A DNA stretch of 64,000 bases from an uncultured Candidatus Rokubacteria bacterium (lineage in GTDB: Bacteria; Methylomirabilota; Methylomirabilia; Rokubacteriales; CSP1-6). The DNA is taken from positions 800,001-864,000 of the forward strand of contig CAVWWD010000008.1 in assembly GCA_963758635.1 (NCBI GenBank), given 5' to 3'. Below are positions 1 to 9,018 of this stretch, one piece after another; position 1 is the first letter of the stretch, and the number at the start of each line of letters is the position of its first letter. Below the pieces are notes generated by a model that made no database searches, had not been told where the DNA came from, and was given only the letters and a program-made list of their open reading frames with translations. Made by a program: the position numbers and the translations under genes.

Positions 1-2200
1 CGAGGGCGATGCGCCCCGCCACCGTCTGCTTGGTGTCGATCCGGATCTCGCGCGTGCCGTCCGCGGCGAGGGCAATGGCCTCCGTCGCGTTGACGACGAG
101 GTTCAGGACGACCTGTCGGAGTTGAACGGGATCTCCGGAAACGGGCGGCAGCGCCTCTCCGCGTGTGAAGCGCACGGCGATGCTCTTTCCCTGGATGTCG
201 CCCCGGAGCAGGGCCAGCACGTCGTCGACCAGCGCATTGATGTCCACCGCGGCGCGCGCCGCCTGTTCCTTGCGGAACAGGGCGCGCAGCCGGTGTATCG
301 TCTGCGAGGCGCGCTTGGCATCATCGGCGATGTCGATGAGCGCGTCCTCGAGCTCGCGTGGCTTCGCGGGCTCGATGGCCAGGAGTCGCCGCGCCGCGTC
401 GGCATTCGCCACGATGCCCGCCAAGGGCTGATTGATCTCGTGGGCGATCGACACGGTCAGCTCGCCCAGCGTCGCAACGCGCAGCGCATGCGCGAGCTCG
501 TCACGCTGGCGCTGCACCTCCTCCTCGGCCTGCCGCTGACGCTCCTCGCTCTCCCGCGCGGCGCTCTCGGCTCGGTGGCGCGCCAGGACGTTCGCGAAGA
601 CGTCCGCGAGCAGCCGCAGCCGAGCCATGAGCTCGTCGGGCCACTCCCGCTCTCCGCGTAACCGGCTGAATGCGAGCGCTCCCACGACGGCCCCGTTCAC
701 GACGAGAGGCACAGCGGCCACCGAGCGGACGCCGAGCTCGGCGAGGCTCCGGCGGTCGCGCGCGGCCTCCTCCGGGAGCTCGTCGAGGCGCGAGATCCTG
801 ACCGGGTCGCCATGGGACAAGCGCCTCCCCATCCACGGCCAGCCGTGAGCGTCGAGGGGTATCGTGACGGGCATGAAGCCGGCGCGCGTCCACGAGTGCG
901 TGACGCGCAAGGTATCCGTCCCCTTGGTCCGCTCGCCCAGCGTCGCCCGATCGAGGTCCAGCGCCTCGACGACTCGCTGCAGCATGCGCTGGATCCGCTC
1001 GTCGACCGAGGTCGAGGGCACGGTGAGAAACTCCGCGGACACCTCGGACATCAGCGTCTCGAACTGGAGACGCTGGGCGAGGATGCCCTGCGCGTGCTGG
1101 CGCTGAGCGCGGGCCACGAGCAGGCCGACGATGAGGGCGCTCTGCAGCACGAGCAGGCCCGCGCCGACCGCGATGTGCCACTTGTACCGGTCCCAGAGCG
1201 ACGGGGGCCGAAAGTGGATCACGCTGCCCGCGGGAAGCCGTGTCTCGGGGAGCCCCCAGCGCTGGAGCTGACGCCAATCGAAGAGGTCCCGGTAGGCTGC
1301 GGACTCAACCACGGGAATGCGCGCGGGAGGGTCGCCTCGGAGGATCCGCAGCCCGAGCTTCGCGGCGTGCTGGCCGTGCGCGTCGATGCTGTAGACATGG
1401 CCACCGACCGCTCCGGCTCCCACGTACTGATCCACCGACACGTAGACGGGAGCGTTGGCGAGGCCGGTGATCGCCGCGAGAGCCTGGTGGGGGATGAACG
1501 CGCGTCCCGCGCCGTCGGCGAAGATCGTCAGGTAGAGGACGACGCTGTGGGGCGGGAGGGTCGACAGCGTCTTCAGCAGCTCACCCATGGGCAGCGCGGT
1601 GAGATAGGTGATGGCGACGCGGTGCTCGAAGCGGGCAAGGTCGCGGCGTGCGATGGCCTGCAGCTGGCGGTCGAAGGTCGAGGTGCCGCCCACGACGAAG
1701 AGGGTGCGAGTGTCCGGCTGAAGCCCGAGCGCGGCCTCGACCGTCGGCGCGAACGTGCGCTTGAGCACCACCCCGGTGACGTTCTTGCCGAGCGTCCTCC
1801 CGCCGAGGTCGGATGGGTCGACTCCGCAGAAGACGATGGGGACCCCCGGAAACAACCCGGGCCCGTGCCGCAGCAGGAAGTCGAGGGAAGGCCCCATGAC
1901 CGCCACGATGAGGTCCAGGCGGGTGCCGGCATATTTCCGCCGGAAGGAGTCACGCAGCACCGCATCGTGCCCCGGGTCCGTGAACTGCGAGAGGCTCAGC
2001 GACTCGCTGTAGAACTCGACGTCGGTCTTGAGCTCCGACCGGAAGGTCTCGCGCAGGCTGCGATTGATCATGCCCAGGCCCGGGAAGTCCTTGTCCTCGT
2101 CGAACACGAGGAGCACATTCTTGCGGGTGTCGGCCGATGACAGGCCTGGCAGCAGCAGCAGAGTCAGGAGCGCGAGCGTGAGAGCTCGGACGGTCAGGGC
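1..2200 (-). CDS. Sensor histidine kinase (extracytoplasmic ABC-substrate-binding-like domain + TM + GAF-like + HisKA/HATPase); runs off left edge, start approximate
   Basis: Manual translation (absent from ORF track, no stop in window): signal-like ALTVRALTLALLTLLLL, H-box GELTVSIAHEINQPL (~422-466) in the same frame, N-box QVVLNLVVNATEAI (~75-115). Confidence 0.85.
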
Positions 2201-2233
2201 ACACCTCCCCAGCGCAGTCGCTGAAGCACGCCC

Positions 2234-2262
2234 ACCGTAGGGGGCGGCCGGTCCAGTGTCAA
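2234..2262 (-). promoter_or_regulatory. sigma70-type promoter TTGACA-N17-TACGGT upstream of the kinase
   Basis: Perfect -35 hexamer, 17-nt spacer, TANNNT -10. Confidence 0.6.
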
Positions 2263-2413
2263 GCGGGCGCAGGGCGCCGGCCTGGGGGCGTCGGGCACCG
2301 GTCCCACCCTTCGATGGGGTGCGCGAGGCGAGAGGAGGACGAGGGACGGGGACCGAGGGGGCCGCGGCGACTATACTACTGGCGCTTCTACACCCGACCG
2401 CCAGGAGGAGACC

Positions 2414-3391
2414 GTGGCCAAGATCATCACGCCGCCTCAGCCGGCCCCCGTCATGGAGATCGCGCGCGAGCTGCTGCCCCCGGGCATGGAGCTCGTCGTG
2501 GCCGACCCGAGCAAGCCGGAGTTCTACGATGCCGTCGGCGACGCCGACTACTACCTGGGCTCGCCCCGCCAGGGCATCGGCAACGAGTTCTTCCGCGCCG
2601 CGCCCCGGCTCAAGCTGGTGCAGCTGACGAGCGCGGGCTACGACCGCGTGGACGTCGAGGCGGCCCGCAAGGCGGGGGTGCCGGTGGCCAACAACGGCGG
2701 CGCCAACTCCGTGGCGGTGGCCGAGCACGCCGTCATGCTGATGCTCGCCGTGCTCAAGCGGCTCGTCCGCAACCACATCGACGTCGTGGCGGGCAAGTGG
2801 CGCACCGCGGAGTTCGCGGCCACGCGCCTGTACGAGGTCGAGGGCAAGCGCCTGGGGATCGTCGGCCTCGGCAACATCGGCAAGAAGGTGGCCCGCCGCG
2901 TCCAGGGCTTCGACATGGACGTGCGCTACTACAACGTCCTCCGCCTGACCGAGGACCAGGAGGACGCCCTGGGCGTGCGCTACGCCCTCTTCGCGGAGCT
3001 GCTCCGCACGTCGGACATCGTCACGCTGCACGTGCCCCTCAACGACGTGACGCGCAAGATGATGTCGACGAAGCAGTTCGCGATGATGAAGCCCACCGCG
3101 ATCCTCATCAACACCTGCCGCGGGCCGGTGGTGGACGAGGATGCCCTCCATCACGCGCTCACGTCGAAGACGATCGCCGCGGCGGGCCTCAACGTCATGG
3201 TCGAGGAGCCGCCCAAGCCGAGCCACCCGCTCTTCTCGCTCCCGAACGTGACCCTCACGCCCCACAGCGCGGGACCCACGTGGGACAACTGGACGAAGGC
3301 GTACCGGAACGGCTTCGACAACATCCAGCGCGTCGAGGACGGCGGGGCACCGCTCTGGGTGGTCCCCGAGCTGCGCAGCCTGCTCGCCTGA
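2414..3391 (+). CDS. D-isomer-specific 2-hydroxyacid dehydrogenase
   Basis: GIVGLGNIG, LINTCRG, EEP and LTPHSAG motifs; RBS AGGAGG. Confidence 0.93.
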   Translation: MAKIITPPQPAPVMEIARELLPPGMELVVADPSKPEFYDAVGDADYYLGSPRQGIGNEFFRAAPRLKLVQLTSAGYDRVDVEAARKAGVPVANNGGANSVAVAEHAVMLMLAVLKRLVRNHIDVVAGKWRTAEFAATRLYEVEGKRLGIVGLGNIGKKVARRVQGFDMDVRYYNVLRLTEDQEDALGVRYALFAELLRTSDIVTLHVPLNDVTRKMMSTKQFAMMKPTAILINTCRGPVVDEDALHHALTSKTIAAAGLNVMVEEPPKPSHPLFSLPNVTLTPHSAGPTWDNWTKAYRNGFDNIQRVEDGGAPLWVVPELRSLLA

Positions 3392-3470
3392 TGAGCCCCG
3401 CGCATCAAGACGAATGCCGAGCGGTGGGACTGTAGAGGCCCGTGGCGGTTACCGCATTCTGCGAGGGTCA
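3392..3470 (+). repeat. Structured intergenic repeat family A, copy 1 (candidate ncRNA/REP-like element)
   Basis: Near-identical to 6422-6497 and 26402-26479; ends pair (TGAGCCCCGC / GCGAGGGTCA). Confidence 0.85.
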
Positions 3471-3611
3471 TTAGCAGGCTGCTGCCGGCTTCGCGTACAA
3501 TCGCGGGCGCGTGGACCTTCCGGACGGGAAGGTCGCGCGGCGGCGCGAATCGGCTGATCACGGGCGCGGTCCGTCCCCCGCGTGCGACGGGCTGACGCGA
3601 AGGAGGATCTC

Positions 3612-4037
3612 ATGGCAATCCAGACGCAGGAGCAGCGGGTACGGCCGACCACGGGCACCCACGTGGTGCGCGTCCAGCACGAGGGCCTCGTTACCGCCGA
3701 CGCCGAGCGGTCGAAGGACTTCTACTGCCGCGTGTTCGGCTGGCAGGTGCTGGACCGCCCGGCGTTCAAGGTCGGGGGGTACTGGATCGGGACGCCGGGC
3801 ATCTTCCCGCAGATCCACATCATCCAGTCCGACCAGGTGCCGCCGGGGCCGGGCGCGCCGATCCTCCCGATCGTCCGGCACACCGCCTTCGAGGTGGCCG
3901 ACTACGCCGCGATGAAGGCCACGCTCGAGCGGGAAGGCATCCCATACGTCGAGAACACCCAGCCCGGCGGACGCGTGCAGATGCTCTGCAACGATCCCGA
4001 CGGCAACACGCTGGAGTTCCAGCCCGCCACCGTCTGA
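3612..4037 (+). CDS. VOC/glyoxalase family protein
   Basis: H..FYCRVFG..HTAF..DPDGNTLE; RBS AAGGAGG before ATG 3612. Confidence 0.88.
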   Translation: MAIQTQEQRVRPTTGTHVVRVQHEGLVTADAERSKDFYCRVFGWQVLDRPAFKVGGYWIGTPGIFPQIHIIQSDQVPPGPGAPILPIVRHTAFEVADYAAMKATLEREGIPYVENTQPGGRVQMLCNDPDGNTLEFQPATV

Positions 4038-4054
4038 TCCCGGACTCGACGCCC

Positions 4055-6424
4055 ATGTCCTTCCTCGAGTCGCGGAGCCACTCCGCGCGCGAGGGCTTCG
4101 GCAAGCCCGTGCTGCGCAAGGAGGACGGGCGCCTCCTCACGGGCGGGGGCGCGTACAGCGACGACCTCAACGTGCCCGGCCAGGCCTACGCGTGCTTCGT
4201 GCGGTCGCCGCACGCGCACGCGCGCATCGGGCGCATCGACACCGCCGCCGCCCTCGCCGTTGTCGGCGTGATCGCGGTCCTGACCGGGCGGGACGCCGTC
4301 GCGGACGGCATGAAGCCGGTCACGCACAGCCCGATGCCCGGCAATCCCTACGAAGAGATCGTCCGCGACCGCGACGTGGCCTTCGTCCCGCCTCACCCGC
4401 CGATGCCCGCGGATCGCGTGCGCTTCGCCGGTGGCGTGGTCGCCATGGTGGTGGCGGAAACGCCGGCGGCGGCGCGTGACGGCGCCGAGCGCGTCGACGT
4501 GGACTGGACACCGCTTCCCGCGGTGACGGGAAGCCTCGCCGCGGCGGGCGCGGAGGCGCCGGTGCTCTACGACGAGAGCGCGTCGAACGTGTGCGTGGAC
4601 GTCGAGGCGGGCGACCGCGAGGCCGTCGACCGCGCGTTCGCCCGCGCCGCTCACGTGGTGCGCCTGGACACGTGGGTCCAGCGCGTCACCGGCGTGCCGA
4701 TGGAGCCGCGCGCCGCGGTGGGGGAGTGGGACGGCCAGAGCCAGCGCTACACCGTGCACGCCGGCGCGGGCGGGCTCGGCCGGACGCGCACGGGCGTCGC
4801 CGGCGCCCTCGGTGTGGCCGAGAGCGAGGTGCGGGTCACCGCGGGCGACGTGGGCGGCAACTTCGGCACGCGCAACAGCTGCTACCCGGAGTTCGTGCTA
4901 GTCGCGTGGGCGGCCCGGCGCCTCGGCCGGCCCGTGAAGTGGACGGCCGACCGCAACGAGGCGTTTCTCGCCGACTACCAGGGCCGGGACCTCGCCGTTC
5001 AGGCCGAGCTGGCGCTGGACGCCGCGGGCAACTTCCTGGGCCTGCGCGGCGCGAACACCAGCAACGTCGGCGCGCACGCCGTCTCCTTCCACCCGCTGAA
5101 CAAGGGCATGGCCCTCACGGGCACCGTGTATCGCATCCCGGCGGTGGCGGTGCGCGGCCGCGCCGTGGCCACCAACACCTCGCCGACCACGCCGTACCGG
5201 AGCGCGGGACGACCCGAGGTCATGTTCGTGATGGAGCGGCTGATCGACCTGGCCGCGCGGCGACACGGCTTCGACCGGCTCGAGGTCCGACGCCGGAACC
5301 TGGTGCCGGCGAGCGCGATGCCGTACCGGAACGCGATGGGCACGGTCTACGACAGCGGCGACTACGTGGCCGCGCTGGACCGGGCCGCGGAGCTGGCCGA
5401 CTGGTCCGGCTTCGAGGCGCGCCGCGCCGAGGCGCGCCGGCGGGGCGCGCGCCGCGGCATCGGCGTGGCCAGCTACATCGAGCTGAACACCGGTTTTCCG
5501 CGGGAGCGCGCGCACCTCACGGTGCGCCCGGAGGGCCGGGTGGACCTCGTCCTGGGCACGCTCTCGTCCGGGCAGGGACATGCCACGAGCTTCGGCCAGC
5601 TCGTCGTGGAGTGGCTCGGCGTGGACCTCGCGCAGGTGAACCTCGTCACCGGCGACACCGACGTCACGGTGGTGGGCGGCGGCGCGCACTCGGCGCGGGC
5701 CCTCCGGCTCGCCGCGGTCGTGATGGCCAAGGCCTCGGACCAGATCGTGGACAAGGGCCGCCGGATCGCCGCGTGGCTCCTCGAGGCGGCGCCCGGCGAC
5801 GTCGAGTTCGCGGCCCGCCGGTTCACGGTGAAGGGCACCGACCGGGGCGTGGACCTCTTCGAGGCCGCGGCGGCGGCGCTGCGGGCCGACGCGCCCCCGG
5901 ACTGCCGCGGCCCGCTCGACGGCACCAGCGACGAGACCATGCCGCAGCCGTCGTTCCCCTACGGCGCCGCGGTGTGCGAGGTCGAGGTCGACCCCGAGAC
6001 CGGACACGTGGAGGTGGCGCGCTACACCACCGTGGACGATTGCGGCCGCGCCGTGAACCCCATGATCCTGCACGGCCAGACGCACGGCGGCATCGCGCAG
6101 GGCGTGGGCCAGGCCCTCTGGGAGTCGTGCGCGTACGACGCGGCCACCGGCCAGCTCCTGTCGTCCACGATGATGGACTACACGATGCCGCGCGCCGACA
6201 TGCTGCCGATGTTCACGACGGAGATCAGCGAGGTCCCCTCGACCGCGCACCCCCTCGGGCTGCGCGGGGGCGGGGAGGGCGGCACGACGCCGGCGCTCGG
6301 CGCGGTGGTGAACGCCGTGGTTGACGCGCTGGCCGACCTCGGCGTGGAGCACATCGAGATGCCCGTCACCGCCGAGCGCGTGTGGCAGGCGATCCAGGAC
6401 GCCCGGCGACGGTCGGGCTCGTGA
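4055..6424 (+). CDS. Xanthine dehydrogenase/CoxL-like molybdopterin-binding large subunit
   Basis: RKEDGRLLTG, VGGNFG, PYRSAGRPE, SGQGHAT, GQTHGGIAQG, GGGEGG. Confidence 0.93.
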   Translation: MSFLESRSHSAREGFGKPVLRKEDGRLLTGGGAYSDDLNVPGQAYACFVRSPHAHARIGRIDTAAALAVVGVIAVLTGRDAVADGMKPVTHSPMPGNPYEEIVRDRDVAFVPPHPPMPADRVRFAGGVVAMVVAETPAAARDGAERVDVDWTPLPAVTGSLAAAGAEAPVLYDESASNVCVDVEAGDREAVDRAFARAAHVVRLDTWVQRVTGVPMEPRAAVGEWDGQSQRYTVHAGAGGLGRTRTGVAGALGVAESEVRVTAGDVGGNFGTRNSCYPEFVLVAWAARRLGRPVKWTADRNEAFLADYQGRDLAVQAELALDAAGNFLGLRGANTSNVGAHAVSFHPLNKGMALTGTVYRIPAVAVRGRAVATNTSPTTPYRSAGRPEVMFVMERLIDLAARRHGFDRLEVRRRNLVPASAMPYRNAMGTVYDSGDYVAALDRAAELADWSGFEARRAEARRRGARRGIGVASYIELNTGFPRERAHLTVRPEGRVDLVLGTLSSGQGHATSFGQLVVEWLGVDLAQVNLVTGDTDVTVVGGGAHSARALRLAAVVMAKASDQIVDKGRRIAAWLLEAAPGDVEFAARRFTVKGTDRGVDLFEAAAAALRADAPPDCRGPLDGTSDETMPQPSFPYGAAVCEVEVDPETGHVEVARYTTVDDCGRAVNPMILHGQTHGGIAQGVGQALWESCAYDAATGQLLSSTMMDYTMPRADMLPMFTTEISEVPSTAHPLGLRGGGEGGTTPALGAVVNAVVDALADLGVEHIEMPVTAERVWQAIQDARRRSGS

Positions 6425-6497
6425 GCCTCGCGCATCAGACAATGCCGAGCGGTGGGACTATAGGGGCCCGTGGCGTTACCGTATTCTGCGAGGGTCA
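6422..6497 (+). repeat. Structured intergenic repeat family A, copy 2
   Basis: Begins with the TGA stop of the upstream gene; matches copies 1 and 3. Confidence 0.85.
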
Positions 6498-6536
6498 CTA
6501 GAGCCCGGACGACCGGGCAGCGACGGAGGACGCGAG

Positions 6537-7071
6537 ATGCCGGGAAAGGTCCGCCGCATCGTGACCGGCGTGAACGAGCGCGGGCGCTCGTACATCGTCT
6601 CCGACCGCGCGTTTCCCGCCGGCGACGTCGCCCCCGGCCAGGCGGTGCGCGTCGGCCTCTGGGCCACGGGGGCGGCGCCGGCCTCGAACGAGGGCACGGA
6701 CGACCCCGTGCCGGACGGGGTGATCCTGAAGACGCCGCCGGCGGCGCGGGGCGGCAGCGTGATCCGGATCACCGACATCGCCCCCGACAGCCAGCGGGCG
6801 TACGACGCCGACGAGCTGCGCCGGCGCGGCTGCAAGACGACGCCCGACCGCTCGGCGCGCCACCCCGGCTTCCACGCCACCGACACCGTGGACTACGCGA
6901 TCTGCCTGGAGGGAGAGGTGTGGGCGGTGCTGGACGAGGCCGAGACGCTCATGCGTCCGGGCGACGTGCTGATCCAGCGCGGCACCCATCACGCGTGGTC
7001 GAATCGCACCGATCGCGTCGCCCGGATGGCTCTTCATCCTGATCGACGCCGAGCCGCTCCCCAACCACTGA
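6537..7071 (+). CDS. Cupin-domain protein (frameshift near 7030, likely sequencing error)
   Basis: VRRIVTG, FHATDTVDY, PGDVLIQRGTHHAWSNR; C-terminus FILIDAEPLPNH* in shifted frame. Confidence 0.82.
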
Positions 7072-7085
7072 AGGAGGCCCCGCCG

Positions 7086-7994
7086 TTGTCCATTCCGCTC
7101 GGGATGTCGCTGCCCCACCGATCGCCCGACGCCATCGACCCCGACGAGGTGCGCCGCGTGGCGGAACGCTCCGAGGCGCTCGGGTTCAAGGACCTCTGGG
7201 TGACCGAGAACACGCTCGATCACGTGACCAGCTTCGACCCGGCGGTGATCCTGACCTACGCCGCGGCGGTGACCACGTCGATCCGCCTGGGCGTCTCCGT
7301 GGTGGTCCTGCCCGTCCGCCATCCGATCCACGTGGCCCACCAGGTCGCCACGCTCGACTACGTGAGCCGCGGCCGGGCCATCCTCGGCGTGGGCATCGGG
7401 CGGCCCGACCACTACGCCCACTTCCAGGTGTCGCCCGAGCACCGGGTGCGCGCCTTGCGCGAGGGCGTCGAGCTGATCAAGGCGTTCTGGACCTCGCCCG
7501 CGGTGAAGTACCAGGGACGCGTCTACCGGATCGACGACGGCGCCATGGCCCTCCGGCCCGTCCAGAAGCCCCGCCCGCCCATCTGGCTCGGCGGCGGGCA
7601 TCCCGACGCCGTCCGGCGCGCCGTGGCCATCGCGGACGGCTGGATGGGCGCGGGAGGATCGACCCGGGCCTCGTTCGCGGCGAGCGTGCCCCTCCTGCGC
7701 GAGGAGCTCGAGAAGGCGAGACGTGATCCCGCGGGATTTCCCATCTCCAAGCGCGTGTTCCTCTCCGTCCACGAGCGCGCGGACGTGGCCCGAGCGGAGC
7801 TCCACCGCTGGTTCACCACGGTGTACAGGAACCCCGACGGCGCCGACACCGCCGGCGTCCACGGCACGCCCGAGCAGGTGCGCGAGCGGCTCCAGGACCT
7901 GATCGCGCTCGGCGCCAACCATCTGCTCCTGAACCCGGTCAGCCGCTACGCCGAGCACGTCGAAGCCCTGGCCGCCGTGATGCGCCCGTCCTGA
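7086..7994 (+). CDS. LLM-class flavin/F420-dependent oxidoreductase
   Basis: AEALGF-like/DLWVTE, IRLGVSV, ATLDYVSRGR, PVQKPRPPIWLGG; RBS AAGGAGG before TTG. Confidence 0.9.
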   Translation: MSIPLGMSLPHRSPDAIDPDEVRRVAERSEALGFKDLWVTENTLDHVTSFDPAVILTYAAAVTTSIRLGVSVVVLPVRHPIHVAHQVATLDYVSRGRAILGVGIGRPDHYAHFQVSPEHRVRALREGVELIKAFWTSPAVKYQGRVYRIDDGAMALRPVQKPRPPIWLGGGHPDAVRRAVAIADGWMGAGGSTRASFAASVPLLREELEKARRDPAGFPISKRVFLSVHERADVARAELHRWFTTVYRNPDGADTAGVHGTPEQVRERLQDLIALGANHLLLNPVSRYAEHVEALAAVMRPS

Positions 7995-8020
7995 CCGAAC
8001 CCGACAAGGGGAGGCACAGC

Positions 8021-8377
8021 ATGTCATTCGCGCTCAATCACGTGCACCTGAAGACGCGCGACCCGAAGCAGACGGCCCAGTTCTACGTGGACAACTTCGG
8101 CGCGACCCTGGTCGGCGAGATCGGCACCCGCGGCTGGCGCGTGAACCTGCACGGGCTCACGCTGAACATCACGACGATCATCGACTCCCAGCGGCGCGAG
8201 CAGCACTACGGGGTGGAGCACCTCGCGCTCGACACGGACGACTACACGGGGACGCTGGCTCGCCTCCGGGCCAACGGCGTGCGCGTCCTCGAGGAGATGC
8301 CGCCGGTCAACGGCCGTCGCGTGTGCTTCCTCGAGGCGCCCGACGGCGCCCAGGTCGAGGTGATCGAGAAGGTCTAG
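8021..8377 (+). CDS. VOC/glyoxalase family protein
   Basis: LNHVHL, EHLAL, APDGAQVEVIE. Confidence 0.88.
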   Translation: MSFALNHVHLKTRDPKQTAQFYVDNFGATLVGEIGTRGWRVNLHGLTLNITTIIDSQRREQHYGVEHLALDTDDYTGTLARLRANGVRVLEEMPPVNGRRVCFLEAPDGAQVEVIEKV

Positions 8378-8401
8378 CGACGCGCGCGTTGCCTCTGGCG
8401 G

Positions 8402-8584
8402 TCAGGCGCGCTCGGGCGGGGCGGCGGGGAGGCACTCAGGGGTCGTCGGGACCACGCCGCACGCGTGCGCTGCCCCGCTGGGACTGGGCTCCATCCGGGC
8501 GCGCGGGGTCCGATGACCGTTGGAGGGGAAGGGCCGCCGCGACCCCTGGTGCCTCCCCACCGCCCACCCGGCGACCGGCTGATG
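8402..8584 (+). repeat. ~180-bp self-complementary element family B, copy 1 (MITE-like)
   Basis: Reverse complement of 8811-8990; internal ~26-bp inverted ends GGGCGGCGGGGAGGCAC.CAGGGGTCG / CGACCCCTGGTGCCTCCCCACCGCCC. Confidence 0.85.
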
Positions 8585-8626
8585 CCGCCGGCGCGGCTAA
8601 CCAGCGTACCCAAGTCAGCGCGACAC

Positions 8627-8722
8627 CCGGGTCAGGTCTTGAATTGCGACATCGCCTTCCGGGCGGCGCGAAGTGATCGGCCGATGCCCCGGCGAGGTGC
8701 TGCATTTCAAGACCTGACCCGG
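8627..8722. repeat. REP-like inverted pair CCGGGTCAGGTCTTGAAwTGC ... GCAwTTCAAGACCTGACCCGG
   Basis: 21-bp arms match 20/21; same motif at 13379-13423. Confidence 0.85.
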
Positions 8723-8810
8723 ATGTTGCCGGAGGAGACTCGCGGCCGTGCCCGTCGACGGATCGTCGGAGCAAGACGCTCCTCAGTGGATCGTGGTGGC
8801 ACGTGAGCGA

Positions 8811-8990
8811 CATCAGCGGGTTGCCGGGTGGGCGGTGGGGAGGCACCAGGGGTCGAGGGGCCCTTCCCCTCCAACGGTCATCGGACCCCGCGCGCCCGGA
8901 TGGAGCCCAGTTCCAGCGGGGCAGCGCACGCGTGCGGCGTGGCCCCGCGGCCCCTGGTGCCTCCCCGCCGCCCTGCCCGAGCGCGCCTGA
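8811..8990 (-). repeat. ~180-bp element family B, copy 2 (inverted)
   Basis: Reverse complement of 8402-8584 with a few substitutions/indels. Confidence 0.85.
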
Positions 8991-9018
8991 TGACGGTCGT
9001 CGGGAAGGGGGGCCGCGC

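Noticed and set aside
3392..3470. Repeat A as hammerhead/twister/HDV ribozyme, tRNA or integron attC
   Set aside because: By eye no complete catalytic core, cloverleaf or RYYYAAC/GTTRRRY ends, and no integrase; a covariance search is still needed.
6321..7994. Apparent cupin-LLM fusion
   Set aside because: A one-base shift near 7030 hides the cupin stop at 7071; the LLM gene has its own AAGGAGG and TTG.
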